Source: Chloropicon primus (taxonomy: Eukaryota). Taken from it: 64,000 nucleotides of DNA. The stretch covers positions 1,054,001 through 1,118,000 of the forward strand of contig CP060756.1 of assembly GCA_023205875.1 (NCBI GenBank). The letters are read 5' to 3'. The translations under genes were made by a program, and so were the position numbers. Shown piece by piece: positions 8,974 to 21,007 of this stretch (its first letter is position 1; each line of letters starts with the position of its first letter). The notes under the pieces were generated by a model. The model was not told the origin of the DNA. It did not search any database and was given only the letters and a program-made list of their open reading frames with translations.

Positions 8974-11900
8974 ATGGGGCGCACGAAGAACATTGCGGAG
9001 AAAAAGAAGAAGGCTCACATCTACAGCGGTGGTGGCGGCGGCGGGACGAAGGGGCCGGAGAAGGTGGACAAGAGGAACGAGGAGAAGCAGTGCCCCTACT
9101 GTGATCGGATATTCAAGCAGAGTGGCAGGCTCACGGACCACATCAAGAAGAAGCACGCCGACCAGGCCGAGGAGGACCTGAAGAACGTGGACCAAAAGAA
9201 GCAAGAGGGTCAGGGCAGCAAGAATGCCGTCACCATGGACGTTGGGAGCCGGGGCGGCTACTACACCCAGAAGACGCCTAAGATGTTCCTCCACGAGTGG
9301 TGCCAGAAGCAGAAGCGACCCATTCCCAAGTACCACCCGAAGCAGCAGGGCGAGGGGGACAAGTGGACCTGCAAGGTTGTCATGCACGACCCGAAGAAGA
9401 AGGAAAACACCATTGTGTTCTTCCTGGACAGGGAACTGAGCGCGGACACCAAGGAGGAGGCTTGCCAGATGGCCGCGGTCGTGGGGTTGCACAGGGTCGC
9501 CGGGGACAGGGCGATGCACAGGGTGCTGCCCAAGACGTTCTTGTCGCTTTGGGACCAGCTCCACGTGAAGTCTGTCGAGAGGAAGCAGTCTCAGGAGAGG
9601 AGGCAGGAGCGGGAGGAGAAGAGGAAGGAGAAGGAGAAGCGGATCAACGAGTGGTTCGCGCAGCTGCCGGAGGTCCACCTGAGCAACGAGAACAAGGAGC
9701 TGGTGGAGAGCCTGGTCGCAGCCTTCGCTGAAGTCAGCCCGGACGCTGAGAGGAAGGTGAAGAAGTTAGACAGCGAGCACCTCGAGCTTATTGGGAAATT
9801 CACCAAGCTCGGGTTCAAGGAGAAAGACGCGACGAATGCGGTAAAGCTGAACGGCCTGGACCACAAGCAAGCCCTCGAGTGGCTGTGCATCAATGTGGAT
9901 GAGAGGTCGCTGCCAAAGCAATACGCCCCCTTGATTGCACCCGTGACAATCGTGTCGCAGTCGTCGAGCGCAAAGGACAAGAGCACGAAGAAGGAAGTCA
10001 AGGAGCTACAGAGATACGGGTACCCAGCGCACGAAATCGAGGCTGCCCTGGCAAGCAGCTCCCAGGACGTGGAGAGGGCATTCCTCTCCCTGTTTGGCAA
10101 GCTCGCGGTATCGAATCCCGATTCAGTCGATTGCACCGGTGCAAGGGGGGCACCTCAAGCTCCGTCGCAAGACTGGCAGGACGAGAAGGAAGTGCTCCAA
10201 GCGATCTTCATGGAGGACTTTGTGGACTCGGGGGGCTCTTGGGTTCAGGTGTCCACGTCGTTCTACGATGAAAAGCAGGAATTGGAGAGGAAGTGCGTTG
10301 TAGAGTTTTCGCATCCGCTCTCGGGGCCTTACCCAGAAGAGATTCCTTTGATTCGAATGAGCATCGAGGACATGGACCCAAAGTTTGTGCTTGAGATGAC
10401 AAAGGTCTCGGCGACCTTTGCGGAGTCCCTCAAGGGAATGCCCATGCTGCACGACATTGTGATGAACCTCCCTGACGCGCTCACGCAAAGCAGGGAGAAC
10501 ATTAAGAAGGCCACTCTGGGGCTCACCAAGAAAAATCTTCAGCAAAGCGGATTTGGAGCCGGGGAGACGACGTCGCCGACGGCATCGAAGGGCGAAAAGG
10601 GAAGAGGGTCACAGAAAAGGCACTCGTCAAAGAGGCAGTCCTTGCACAACGAGAAGATAGGAAAGGAACTCAAGGAGAGGCACTTTGAAATTCGAAAGGC
10701 GCACAAGGAGAAGATCCAGAAGAGGAAATCTCTTCCTGTCGCTTCCTACTCGACAGAGATACTGGGAGTTCTGGAAGAATATGGGTTCTGTGTGGTGTGC
10801 GGTGAGACGGGATGCGGTAAGAGCACGCAAATCCCCCAGTTCCTGCTAGAGAATGAGATATTAGGCGATAGAGCCGGCTACTGCTCCATCATATGCACCC
10901 AACCTCGGCGGATATCTGCAATAGGCTTGGCAGAACGTGTCGCGTTCGAGAGAGGAGAGAAGGTTGGGGACGTCATCGGGTACAGCGTGAGGCTGGACAG
11001 TAAAACCAGTGCAAGAACTCGAGTGACCTATTGCACCATTGGAATTTTGCTGCGGAGGCTCATTTCGGATCCCAAGCTGGAGGGAGTTACCCACGTAATC
11101 GTCGACGAGGTTCACGAGAGATCTCTGGACTCAGATATGCTGCTTCTGCTGCTGAAGAGCGTGACCAAGAGGAGGAAAGATCTTCAAGTTGTCTTCATGA
11201 GTGCGACAGCAAACGCGGAACTCTTTGCCTCTTACTTCAGCAGAGGGCACAAGAGGGACGAGGACGTGATCGTTTCTGTGCCTGGCAAGATGTTTCCGGT
11301 CAAGCAGTACTTCCTTGAAGACGCTTGCGATCAGCTTGGATGGCAGCCTCCAGAAAAGGCTTCGAAGAAGGGCAAGTCGAACGAGGGGGACATAGATTAC
11401 AAATTGATAGAGCACCTCATCGCAATGATTCTGGAAGGACCGAGGAATCAGAGACACTCGGCAATTTTGGTGTTCCTTCCAGGTATGGGAGAAATTATGA
11501 GAGCAAAGAACCAACTGAAGAGCAGTCACAAGCTGGAGCACCACGACTTGCTCATTGTTCCTCTGCACAGTACCCTTACCCCAAGCGAGCAATCTCAGGT
11601 GTACAGGCACGCTCCGAAGGGCACCACAAAGGTCATTCTTTCCACAAACATCGCGGAAACATCGATCACGGTGGATGATGTGACGTTCATTATCGACGCA
11701 GGCCGCGTGAAGGAGCTCATGTACGACACCGAGAAGGGTATTGCCATGCTGAAAGAAACCCACATAAGCAGAGCGTCCGCAAAGCAAAGGATGGGAAGAG
11801 CGGGAAGGGTTGCGCCTGGAGTTTGCTGGCACTTGTTCTCCGGAGCAAGGTACGAGAAGATGGCAAGATTTCAATCTCCTGAGATCTTGCGCGTGCCTCT

Positions 11901-13041
11901 GGAAATGCTGTGCCTGAAGGTCAAAGCTTGCATCAAGTCCTCGTTGAAAGAGTCTTTGGAGAACATGATCACCCCGCCAGAAGTAGCAGCAGTAGACGGA
12001 GCCATACACAAACTCAAGCAGGTGCAAGCGATGGACAGCAAAGAAGATCTGACCCCGCTCGGCCTCCTGCTATCTGAGATGCCAGTCGATGCATGTGTGG
12101 GCAAGCTCCTGATCTATGGCGTGATGATGCGATGCGTAGATCCGGTCATGACAATTGCTGCGGCTGTCAGCAGCAAATCCCCCTTCATCTGTCCGCAGGA
12201 AGAGAGGGAGGAGGCAAACATTGCTCACTCCAAGTTCTCGTCCAAGTCTTACAAGAGCGACCACCTGATGTTTGTAACGGTCTTTAACGCTTGGCAGGTG
12301 GTTCGGCAAGAGGGCGGCTACAAGAAGGCCAGGCAATTTTGTGCTGAAAATTACTTGTCCTTCTCCGCTCTCGAAGGCATCGAAGCTCTCAGGATAGATT
12401 ATGCCAGAGTCCTCCTGGAATTTGGTTTCGTGAACAAGGAGTTTTTCCAAGAGGTGTCCAGGGGGATCAGCAGGATGACTCATGGCGAGCAACACAAAAA
12501 TCACGTGGTGGACTGCGAGGCGTACAACAGCAGAGTGATCAAGAGCGTCGTCTGTGCAGCGTATTATCCGCAAATTCTCCGAGTCAGTCACCCCAAGGCC
12601 CTTTACAAGGAAACGGAGAATGGCACAATAAAGCGAGATAACATTCCGAAACGCGTCAAATTGTTTGGCAAGGAGCTAGGCCAGGTCTTCTTGCATCCGG
12701 CGAGCTCGCTGTTTTCGGTGAGTACGTTCGAAACGGGCTGGCTTGTGTACAGTGACATCATGAAAACCAGCAAGATCATGGTAAGAGCCGCCAGCATGGC
12801 CCCTTGCTACTCTGTTCTCATTTTCGGGGGCAGCATCGACGTGCAACACCAACAAGGGTTGTTAGTGATGGACGACTGGGCAAAATTCAAAGCGCCCGCA
12901 AAAATAGCTATCCTTGTGAGGGAAATGAGGGAGCTTGTGAGCAAGCTTCTTGCGATGAAGGTGAGCAACCCACGGCTGGACATCTCAACTTCAGAGCTGG
13001 TGGATGTCTTGCTGAAGATTCTTACGACAGATGGAGCTTAG
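8974..13041 (+). CDS. DExH-box RNA helicase, DHX57/DHX29-like, with C2H2 finger, UBA-like and RWD domains
   Basis: GETGCGKST, TQPRRISA, DEVH, MSAT, STNIAETSIT, QRMGRAGR, HA2/OB-fold C-terminus; CPYC…H…H finger; YPEEIP RWD motif. Confidence 0.95.
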   Translation: MGRTKNIAEKKKKAHIYSGGGGGGTKGPEKVDKRNEEKQCPYCDRIFKQSGRLTDHIKKKHADQAEEDLKNVDQKKQEGQGSKNAVTMDVGSRGGYYTQKTPKMFLHEWCQKQKRPIPKYHPKQQGEGDKWTCKVVMHDPKKKENTIVFFLDRELSADTKEEACQMAAVVGLHRVAGDRAMHRVLPKTFLSLWDQLHVKSVERKQSQERRQEREEKRKEKEKRINEWFAQLPEVHLSNENKELVESLVAAFAEVSPDAERKVKKLDSEHLELIGKFTKLGFKEKDATNAVKLNGLDHKQALEWLCINVDERSLPKQYAPLIAPVTIVSQSSSAKDKSTKKEVKELQRYGYPAHEIEAALASSSQDVERAFLSLFGKLAVSNPDSVDCTGARGAPQAPSQDWQDEKEVLQAIFMEDFVDSGGSWVQVSTSFYDEKQELERKCVVEFSHPLSGPYPEEIPLIRMSIEDMDPKFVLEMTKVSATFAESLKGMPMLHDIVMNLPDALTQSRENIKKATLGLTKKNLQQSGFGAGETTSPTASKGEKGRGSQKRHSSKRQSLHNEKIGKELKERHFEIRKAHKEKIQKRKSLPVASYSTEILGVLEEYGFCVVCGETGCGKSTQIPQFLLENEILGDRAGYCSIICTQPRRISAIGLAERVAFERGEKVGDVIGYSVRLDSKTSARTRVTYCTIGILLRRLISDPKLEGVTHVIVDEVHERSLDSDMLLLLLKSVTKRRKDLQVVFMSATANAELFASYFSRGHKRDEDVIVSVPGKMFPVKQYFLEDACDQLGWQPPEKASKKGKSNEGDIDYKLIEHLIAMILEGPRNQRHSAILVFLPGMGEIMRAKNQLKSSHKLEHHDLLIVPLHSTLTPSEQSQVYRHAPKGTTKVILSTNIAETSITVDDVTFIIDAGRVKELMYDTEKGIAMLKETHISRASAKQRMGRAGRVAPGVCWHLFSGARYEKMARFQSPEILRVPLEMLCLKVKACIKSSLKESLENMITPPEVAAVDGAIHKLKQVQAMDSKEDLTPLGLLLSEMPVDACVGKLLIYGVMMRCVDPVMTIAAAVSSKSPFICPQEEREEANIAHSKFSSKSYKSDHLMFVTVFNAWQVVRQEGGYKKARQFCAENYLSFSALEGIEALRIDYARVLLEFGFVNKEFFQEVSRGISRMTHGEQHKNHVVDCEAYNSRVIKSVVCAAYYPQILRVSHPKALYKETENGTIKRDNIPKRVKLFGKELGQVFLHPASSLFSVSTFETGWLVYSDIMKTSKIMVRAASMAPCYSVLIFGGSIDVQHQQGLLVMDDWAKFKAPAKIAILVREMRELVSKLLAMKVSNPRLDISTSELVDVLLKILTTDGA

Positions 13042-13060
13042 TATACTGTATTTTACATCA

Positions 13061-14926
13061 CTACTGCTTTACTTTCTTTACCTTTAAGGCTCTTTCCAGC
13101 TTCTTCCTGTCCAAAAGCTGTATGCGCAAAATGCCGGATCCCGTTGCGTGTGCAATTCCCACCGCGTTCTCCAAACCTGGCGCTTCTGGCATAATTGCAT
13201 TCTTGTACACGTGAACTTGCTGCGCTGGGTACACTTCAAGTTCCGTGAACCTTTGCTCACTCACTGTGTCGTCCAACTTCAGCGCCTCCGACTTGGCATC
13301 CATGGACAACGAAAACAAGCAAAGATCTGGAAGCTCGCCCAGAGTCCTTGGCAATCCCTTTTCGGAGCACATCCTTCTCAGGTTCGCCACGAGAACTTCC
13401 CCAGTGATCGTGGAGAACACAAAATAGTCGCGATCCAGGGCCGCACATGAGAAACAGTTCTTTGTCACCGACCTGAACCCGATCTTGAAGCCATTGGTTG
13501 TGCTGTACAGGTAGAGCAATCTCCCGTCGCTTGACAAGAACACAAGTCCCCCGTTGTGGCCAACCAACTTGACGTCCATAATATTTGTAGAGTAGGACAT
13601 CGTGTGAGAGTATCGAAGAGCTTGCGGCTCGTTCGTGCTCCATATTTTCAGGCTTCCGCTCAATCCGGCCGTGGCGTACATTTCACACTTGTCCCCGGAG
13701 TTCCAACGCTCATGAATCCAGCAAACCTTCCGCAGAGGGAAGGTGTCCGCCCGGACGAAGAAGACCAAATCAATTCTGTCGAGGGAGAGTTTGAACAAGG
13801 CCACATTGCCGTCCCAGCAACCCACGAGCAGGGTGTTATGTGGTGCCGCGGGGTGCCAAGCAAGTGACGAAGGAATGCTCTTCCTCTTTTGCAGCTCTGA
13901 CGTCTGCAACCTGGGCTTCAAGTTCAGGGGCTTCGTGCCGCCTTCAGCCTCTGGATCGCGCCCGGGAACACAGTATAGGCACACCTGGCCGTCCCCCAAG
14001 CCTGCGGCCAGAACCCCGGTTCCCTGCGTGCTCGCAGCGGGACACCACGCCAAGTCCCACGTGACAGCCCCGTTGTGTCGGATGAGATAAGCCACGCTGA
14101 TATCGAGGACCTTGGCTGGGTCGCCCTTGCACGCCACTTCCATGATCTGAATCAGACCCAACCCCGTCTGGCGCTGGTTCACCGTGTTGAGTTTGTTCGC
14201 TTGGGAGTGAGGACCCACGGCGATGTGGAGTGAGGTGACTGACGTGGCCGGGTCCTCTGCAACGCTCGGGCTCCAATCGAGCGACCATATTGGCCCGCCT
14301 GCAAACGTGGCCACGTCGTCGACGATGCATTCTCTCACCGACTGGGGTCTCCCAGAATCAGAATTTGGCTTTCCCAGCTTCACGCGAGAAAGTCGATAAC
14401 GTTCGACCTTCTCGGCCTGCCCCTTAGGAAGCTTTGCCTTGAGGCCCTTGATGGGCAAGGACGCGTCGTCGTACGCCTCAGTCTCTGCGGGAGGAGGAGG
14501 TCCTGCGCCTGCGTCGTCCTCACTCCGAGACCGGGCCTCTTCGAACCACTTGGAGAAGAAAAACGTCTCGGCCCCTGCCCTAGATGATGATCCCGAACCC
14601 GATCCCGAACCCAAACCTCTTCGATCTCCACCGCCGTTCTCCCTGCTCCTGCTCCCGCCGCCGCCCTCCCCGTCGTCCGACCCCCCCGATTCGGCGTCCT
14701 CCTCGCCACTCGATCTCGGTTCCTCCTCAGAAGGCACGAAGTCCAAGTCCTCGGTCTCCGTCCCCAACCCAACGTCCGTTGTTTCCGTTTCCCTCTCTTG
14801 GTTTTGAGCCCCTCCTTGGTCGGCCTCCACCTTGACCCTCGTCGATCTCCTCGTCCTCCCACCCTGCTGCTTCAATCCACCACGTTTCCCCCCTCCCCCC
14901 TTCCTCTTCCTCGCCCTCGTCACCAT
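13061..14926 (-). CDS. WD40-repeat protein, probably TFIIIC subunit GTF3C2/Tfc6-like
   Basis: Basic/acidic N-terminus then FAGGPIWSLDWSP, HNGAVTWDLAWCP, GVLAAGLGDGQV, LLVGCWDGNVALF. ATG at 14926. Confidence 0.7.
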   Translation of the reverse strand: MVTRARKRKGGGGKRGGLKQQGGRTRRSTRVKVEADQGGAQNQERETETTDVGLGTETEDLDFVPSEEEPRSSGEEDAESGGSDDGEGGGGSRSRENGGGDRRGLGSGSGSGSSSRAGAETFFFSKWFEEARSRSEDDAGAGPPPPAETEAYDDASLPIKGLKAKLPKGQAEKVERYRLSRVKLGKPNSDSGRPQSVRECIVDDVATFAGGPIWSLDWSPSVAEDPATSVTSLHIAVGPHSQANKLNTVNQRQTGLGLIQIMEVACKGDPAKVLDISVAYLIRHNGAVTWDLAWCPAASTQGTGVLAAGLGDGQVCLYCVPGRDPEAEGGTKPLNLKPRLQTSELQKRKSIPSSLAWHPAAPHNTLLVGCWDGNVALFKLSLDRIDLVFFVRADTFPLRKVCWIHERWNSGDKCEMYATAGLSGSLKIWSTNEPQALRYSHTMSYSTNIMDVKLVGHNGGLVFLSSDGRLLYLYSTTNGFKIGFRSVTKNCFSCAALDRDYFVFSTITGEVLVANLRRMCSEKGLPRTLGELPDLCLFSLSMDAKSEALKLDDTVSEQRFTELEVYPAQQVHVYKNAIMPEAPGLENAVGIAHATGSGILRIQLLDRKKLERALKVKKVKQ

Positions 14927-15014
14927 CCTCTCTCTCCTCTCCCGTTCTCGCTCTCGAACGCGCTCTCGTCGTGCTCGTGCTTGGCAGTGGGAAGGAGCGC
15001 AGCGCACGGAAAGG

Positions 15015-15977
15015 ATGAGGGTGATGAATGTCGTGTTGCGAGGAGGGAGGGTGGTGGTGGGGAGAGGGCGTGGGATGCTGGAAGGGTGGTGTCCTTCTCT
15101 CTCTTCCACGGTCATGAACAGGGCGTCGGGAGGCGCGTTGGAAGGAATGAAGGAGGCAGGGTTCGTGCTTCGTGTTCCATTTGGGTTGTGCAAGAGGGAG
15201 GTGTTCACGACGACGGAGCGGGGAGGTTCTTCGGAGAGGAGCGGAGGAGCGAAGTGGGTCGAGGTGCTCGGGACAGGGCAGTTCGCGCAATGGCAGCCGC
15301 GTCGGCCACTGAGCGGCGGCGGGTTGAGGTCGGCGGAGGTGGTGGCAGGCGAGGAGGGGAAGGAGGAGAAGCCAGAAAGTAAGGCCGGGGCCAAGGAAGA
15401 GAAAGGCGCGGAGGAGGAGAAGGTGCGAGTGGGAAGGGTTGACTCCTCTGCTCTGCTCAAACTGGACAGCGATGACCAGGACTTCGAGCAGAGGGCGAGG
15501 GAGAAGAAGTGGCCGCACAAAATAGTCAGTATTAGGAGGACGGCCAAGATCACAAAAGCTGGCGTTCTCAACAGTTTCTCCGCCTTCCTGATCGTAGGAA
15601 ACAGGAACGGCCTGATCGGCCATGGCAAAGGCAAGTCAAACGACGCGAAGAAGGCCGTCGAGAGGGCTTACACCAACGCCATGGGGAACCTTATAGCAAT
15701 AGAGCTCTTCGACAACCATACTATCCCTCATAATATCGAGCACAGGTTCAAGAAGACGAAGGTGAACCTTTACTCGGGGAAGCAGGGCACCGGCATCATA
15801 GCGAACGAGCTTGTCTCGACGATTTGCAACCTCGCTGGAATTCAGAACCTGAAGGCAAAGGTGCACGGGGTTCACCACAAGAGGAACACCGTCAAGGCCG
15901 TTTTCGAGGCTCTTGAGCTGGTCTACTCTGTGGACGAAGTGAAAAGGACGAGAGGAGCGGACCTCAGATTGTACTGA
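15015..15977 (+). CDS. RPS5: Organellar (probably mitochondrial) ribosomal protein uS5
   Basis: IVSIRRTAKITKAG…FLIVGNRNGLIGHGKGK…HTIPH…GTGIIA…AGIQNLKAKVHG; long N-terminal extension. Start codon uncertain. Confidence 0.88.
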   Translation: MRVMNVVLRGGRVVVGRGRGMLEGWCPSLSSTVMNRASGGALEGMKEAGFVLRVPFGLCKREVFTTTERGGSSERSGGAKWVEVLGTGQFAQWQPRRPLSGGGLRSAEVVAGEEGKEEKPESKAGAKEEKGAEEEKVRVGRVDSSALLKLDSDDQDFEQRAREKKWPHKIVSIRRTAKITKAGVLNSFSAFLIVGNRNGLIGHGKGKSNDAKKAVERAYTNAMGNLIAIELFDNHTIPHNIEHRFKKTKVNLYSGKQGTGIIANELVSTICNLAGIQNLKAKVHGVHHKRNTVKAVFEALELVYSVDEVKRTRGADLRLY

Positions 15978-16080
15978 GCGCGCCGCAGAGACGCGGGAAC
16001 TGGCGCCATTGTGTACAGAATAAGATTTTTATTGTCTAATGCCAGCTTCATTAGTAATGTTCAACGGCAGTGTTTCTCTC

Positions 16081-19000
16081 TCACTTTCCTGGGTTCTGCG
16101 CAGCCGCAGCGGCCGCTGCAAGAGCCTGTCTCCTTTCTGCTGCGTACTGGATAACAGCCTGAAGTCCTTGCTGCACGTTCAAATCTAGGGCGGAAGTGCA
16201 AGCTTGGAACTTCTCGGCGTCGTTCTGCTGCATGAGGTTCAGGCTGTCAGAAAAGTACACGTGGGCGTCAACGTTATCAAGGGGCGACGAGACAATGTCC
16301 TCTTCCTCGTCCCAGTAATCGTAGAAGTCGTCCCAGTCTTCTTCATCGTCCTCCTCGTCTTCCTGATCGAACAGCTGGTCCCTCATCTTGCTCGCTTTTA
16401 GCTTCCAATTCTCGTCGTCGTCATCCTCCTCATCCTCATCCTCATCCTCATCCTCCTCGTCGTCGTCGGACTCTTCGTCTGAGCCAGACTCTTCCGCCAA
16501 GGACTGCTGCTTTTCCTCCCGGAGCTCCTTCAAATCCGAGCACAGCTTGACGGTCCCCATGATCAGCTGCCCGATTCCAGCGCTCAGTTCCGGGGGCAGC
16601 TGACCTATCGGCAGGTGCAGGATGGACGCCAGACCAATGATGTTGATTTTTTTGTCGTTCTCCCTCTTGAAGTGTTGAACCCGGCCCTTCTTGGTAGCCT
16701 TCCAGATCATCTCGAACCATTTCGAGAACACCTGCTGGATCAAGCCGTGCTTTTGCAGAATCTGTATCGTGAGCACCGGGTTGTAGTACAGCGCGTTGGC
16801 AACGACCTGAATGAGGAGGTCCAAGAAAAACTTCTTCTCAATCTTCGGATCCAGCAACTTGCCTGCAGTTAGCATCAAGAAAGGCTCAATGTACTGGTCG
16901 ACGTGCCCCTTGCAACTCAATAGTATACACTCCATCAAACGTGGCGCAGGGATCATGTCCTCCTCCATGGTGTCCATGGCATACACCCTCTGCATTAGAT
17001 TGTAAGCGGACCCCATGTAGTCCGGGTTCTTGCAGGTCAAGAATCTCTCCGTTCCCCTCGAAATGTAGTTATCGAGTGGAATGAGAATGTTCTCAAAGTA
17101 CTCCACGGCCCAGTCGTGCACGGCCTCCACAATCATGGGCCACAGCCGCCACATGTTGTCTGAAATGACAGGGGAGTAGTACGTGAAGTAGGAGATCAGT
17201 TCCAGAATCTCCTCAAACACGTCTTGCCCTTCGGTCGAAAGCATTCTGTACATGATGGGGAAAACTAGTGGTTCTAACTCGGTGTACATTGCGGGAAGGG
17301 ATGAGATACTCTCCAAGATGGTCCCCAAAGCGCGCAGCACCCCCAGTGTTGCTAGAGCCCCCATGTCGTCATCATCGTCCCCCTCAATGCACTTCCAGAA
17401 GCTCATTGTCAGCTGCTGGCAGATCGTGGCAGCAAATGGTGCAATCTCATCACCAAACTTCTCCACGATGGATTCCAGTGTGTGGATCAGATCATCGTTC
17501 TCGATCTCATTTATCAGCTTCATGAACTCGTTCAGCAGCTGAGGCAAAACACCACGAAGAAGATCCAAGTCCTTCACGCTCTCGACAAAGGACCTGAGTG
17601 CTACCGAGGCGTCCACCCTCACGGGCAGCTCCGGGTCTTGAAGCCTGGCGGAAACGTTCGACAAAAAGATAGAGAAAGTTTGGCCCTTTCCTCTCCCATC
17701 GGAGAACTTGAAGTCTGCAAACATTCCCAGGCACCACACCCCCTTGGCCCTCAAGAATCCTGTGGGGTGGTTCACGACTGGTGCGACATACGTGTGAAGA
17801 ATCTGTTCCACCTGCTCCTTGTATGGCGAGGTGTTCTTCAGCTTCTCCGCCAGGGAGCCCAAAATGAGTAGGGCCCCATCCATTTGCCGTTCCAGGGCAG
17901 GGTTGTTTTCCTTGCCAGCCGTGTTCATGAATTGGACAAAGACGCTTCCAATGTGGTTGACCAGCGGCGGCAGATTCTCCTTGCACGGGATCTTGCAGCT
18001 CGTCATGTCGATGAAAAAATGAATCACTTGCGATCTCGTAGTATACAAGTCCTCGAGCAGGTCGTACCCCTTCCTCACGTACTCGTGTGGGTCCTCCTCC
18101 CACAGTTCCGCGTCCTCGTCCGAGAAGCAAGCCAGTGGAAACAAGATGTTGAACATGAGCTGCTGGAGGTGAGGCCTCATCATCGCATACGTCTTCTTTT
18201 TTGGCATCGCATGCGTTAGGTACTGAAGGGCCAGGTTCGTGCATCTCTGCGATATGTACTGCCCTTGCTGAAGTCCCGCGAGCATGGTCATGATGCTCTG
18301 AAGGAACTGGCAGCTGCAATGCGTGTCGAAAAGGACCGCAAAGGGGTACATGGGCTCGTCAGGCTTGACCTTCATGTCGTACTTGTTGAACAACTTGTTC
18401 AATATATGCAAAACCCACTTTTTCACTTTCCACCACTGTTCCTTGCACGCCGGGGCGACGTCGCTTGGCACTTGAGCTTCCAGCAGCACCTTGAGAGCGT
18501 TCATCCAAGCGTGAAAGTGGTCCTCCTGCATCAGCAGCTTGGGAACGGACAGATAGACCGTCGACCAGTATATTTTACAGCACAGCTTGAGCATCTCCAC
18601 TATCTCCAGGGTCTTGTTCTCCGTCGCCAGCAGCTGTTGAAAGATCTGAATCAGCACAGGGAAGACGTGGTTCACCACATGGTACAGGGGCTCCCTGTCC
18701 TCCTCGCTCTTGTACTCGTACTTCCTCGTCAGCATACGCAGAGCGTAGAGCCCGGCGTAGATCTTCGGCGGGTCCTGGCTCGCGATGCTGTTGAAGACTG
18801 CCTCGAGCAGCGTCGGCCACTTGTCTGGATAGTCGCAATAAATTATGCTCTTGATGCACTCTGCAATCTGCACCCTCACGAGGGACGGGCTGTGCACCAG
18901 CGCCAGGAGAACGTTCTGCTTCACGATGTCCTTGTCATTCGCAGGGATGAAGCCGTTGTCCTCGCCCTCTTTGCCCCAGCCCCTGCTGACCAAGTTCTTG

Positions 19001-19367
19001 AAGGATATGGCCGCCACCTGCCTTATCGACATGTCCATGCCCTCCACGACAGCGATCTGCGGGTGAAAGAAGAAGAGAGAGAAAGAGTTGAGAGCCACTC
19101 AAAAGAGTCAGTCGACAAAAGTGTCTCGGGGACTCGCCCAATTTCCTAGCTGGAAGCCCGCCCTCCCCTGCGCCGAGGTCCAGTCGCCTCCCCTTTCCAA
19201 GCGAGCCTTACCTGGAGCAAGTTCGGAGCCTGGCCCTGAGTCTTTTCAAGAAGCTTCAGCTGTTGCTCGGCCGCTTTGATCACCTCCTGCTGGGGCGACA
19301 AGCAGCTCTGCAGGATCTGACACAAGCTCGCAATCTGCGGTGGCAACTGAGATACGTCCCCCGCCAT
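16081..19367 (-). CDS. Importin-7/8 (SAD2-like) importin-beta; exons 19367-19212, 19056-16081
   Basis: IBN_N region (AAEQQL…IRQVAAISFKN), DYPDKWP, WWKVKKW, LWEEDPHEYVRK, acidic C-terminus; 155-bp GTAAG…CAG intron in phase 0. Confidence 0.95.
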
Positions 19368-19711
19368 GTTTGTGCCTTTCTCTCTCTCCCCACCCCCTTC
19401 AAGCCAAGCCCTGCACCTCCTCGGTCTCACACTCGGCCACCCGTTCGATCTCACACTGAGGCGGCCGGAGTAGGGGGAGGGCTGAAACGGCAAGGGGATG
19501 GGGGGGGGCGATGTCGATGTTGTTGAGATATCGTTTCGAGAAAAGAGGGGCGGCAGGCTCGAGCCCTGCGGTGGTTATGCGCTCGTGGTGTGCGAAGAAA
19601 AAAATCGGACGTGTTATAGATATCTTGACAAACAGCATGCTGTGAGTTTTGGCCGGCTTAATACGTTTTACCTCTCTCTCTCTCTCTCTCTGTTGTGTGT
19701 CACGGTCATCA

Positions 19712-21007
19712 TCACTTGAGGCGTCCCAACCTGTCGGACAGGAAGCTCAGGCCTTCGCTCTTCTTTGGTGGAGCAGAGTACTGCTGGACCTCCTCGGGAA
19801 CGGAGCCGAAGAAGGGTTCTAGGGGGTAGTTCTGGGTGAATCCGGTGGCTATGATGGTCACCCTGACCTCCCCCTCGTACTTCTCGTCGATGCAAGTTCC
19901 GAAGATGACGTTTGCGGAAGGGTCCGCGAGGGAGGTGACAACCTCCGACACGGCGTTCACCTCGGAGAGGGTGAGGTCCTTGCCGCCCGTGATGTTGTAC
20001 ACGATTCCCGTGGCGCGCTCTATGGACCTCTCGAGCAAGGGCGCCGAGGCTGCCTGCTGGGCCGCGTCCTCGGCCCTGTTCTTGCCCGTCCCGGTGCCGA
20101 CCCCGAGCATGGCGGTTCCAGAGTTCGTCATCACCGTCTTCACGTCCGCAAAGTCGACGTTCACGAGTCCGGGGATGGTGATGATGTCCGCGATTCCTTG
20201 GACGCCCTGCCTCAGCACGTCGTCCGCGAGGAGGAAGGCCTCCTGCAAGGGGGTGTTGTCCCCGACGATGTCCAGGAGCCTGTCGTTCGGGATCACGATC
20301 AGGGTGTCCACGTTGCTCCTCATCTCCGCGATGGCATCCACGGCCTGCTGGGACCTCCTCTTTCCCTCGAAGGTGAAGGGGTACGTCACCACCCCGACGG
20401 TGAGGCTTCCCGCGGACTTTGCGATCCCCGCGACCACCGGGGCGGCCCCCGACCCGGTGCCTCCCCCCATGCCCGCCGTGATGAAGACCATGTCCGTGTC
20501 CAGGACGGCCTCCGCGATGGCCTCCTGGGACTCGTCCGCCGCCTTCTCCCCGAGGTCGCTGTTTCCTCCCGTTCCCAGGCCCCTCGTGAGCTCCTGCCCG
20601 ATCTGAACCTTCTTGGAAGCCTTGGACTGCTCCAGCGCCTGAATGTCTGTGTTCATCGCCCAGAACTCCACGCCCTTCAGGCCGCTCTGGACCATGCGGT
20701 TGACGGCGTTGCCGCCGCCGCCTCCGACGCCGATGACCTTGATCCTCGCGCTCTGGCCCGGCGCCCTCGACGACGACCCGGAGGTCGGGACACTATCGTC
20801 CTCGCCCGGCGCGGCGTCCACCGCCACCAGCCTCCTGGCGGCCTCTCCGGCCCCCGGCCTCCACCCGGCTCCCTTCCTCGCGCACTGACGGGCGCCCGTC
20901 CTCCACAGCAGCAGAGAGGACGCCGCGGGGGAGCCGATCTTGGCCCCTCCGACCGCCCGGCCCCTCGCCGATCTCAATCTGCCCGTCACCTTGTGCATCA
21001 TCACCAT
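19712..21007 (-). CDS. FTSZ1: Plastid division protein FtsZ1 with transit peptide
   Basis: [42 protein letters not shown] and no FtsZ2-type C-terminal core peptide. Confidence 0.93.
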   Translation of the reverse strand: MVMMHKVTGRLRSARGRAVGGAKIGSPAASSLLLWRTGARQCARKGAGWRPGAGEAARRLVAVDAAPGEDDSVPTSGSSSRAPGQSARIKVIGVGGGGGNAVNRMVQSGLKGVEFWAMNTDIQALEQSKASKKVQIGQELTRGLGTGGNSDLGEKAADESQEAIAEAVLDTDMVFITAGMGGGTGSGAAPVVAGIAKSAGSLTVGVVTYPFTFEGKRRSQQAVDAIAEMRSNVDTLIVIPNDRLLDIVGDNTPLQEAFLLADDVLRQGVQGIADIITIPGLVNVDFADVKTVMTNSGTAMLGVGTGTGKNRAEDAAQQAASAPLLERSIERATGIVYNITGGKDLTLSEVNAVSEVVTSLADPSANVIFGTCIDEKYEGEVRVTIIATGFTQNYPLEPFFGSVPEEVQQYSAPPKKSEGLSFLSDRLGRLK

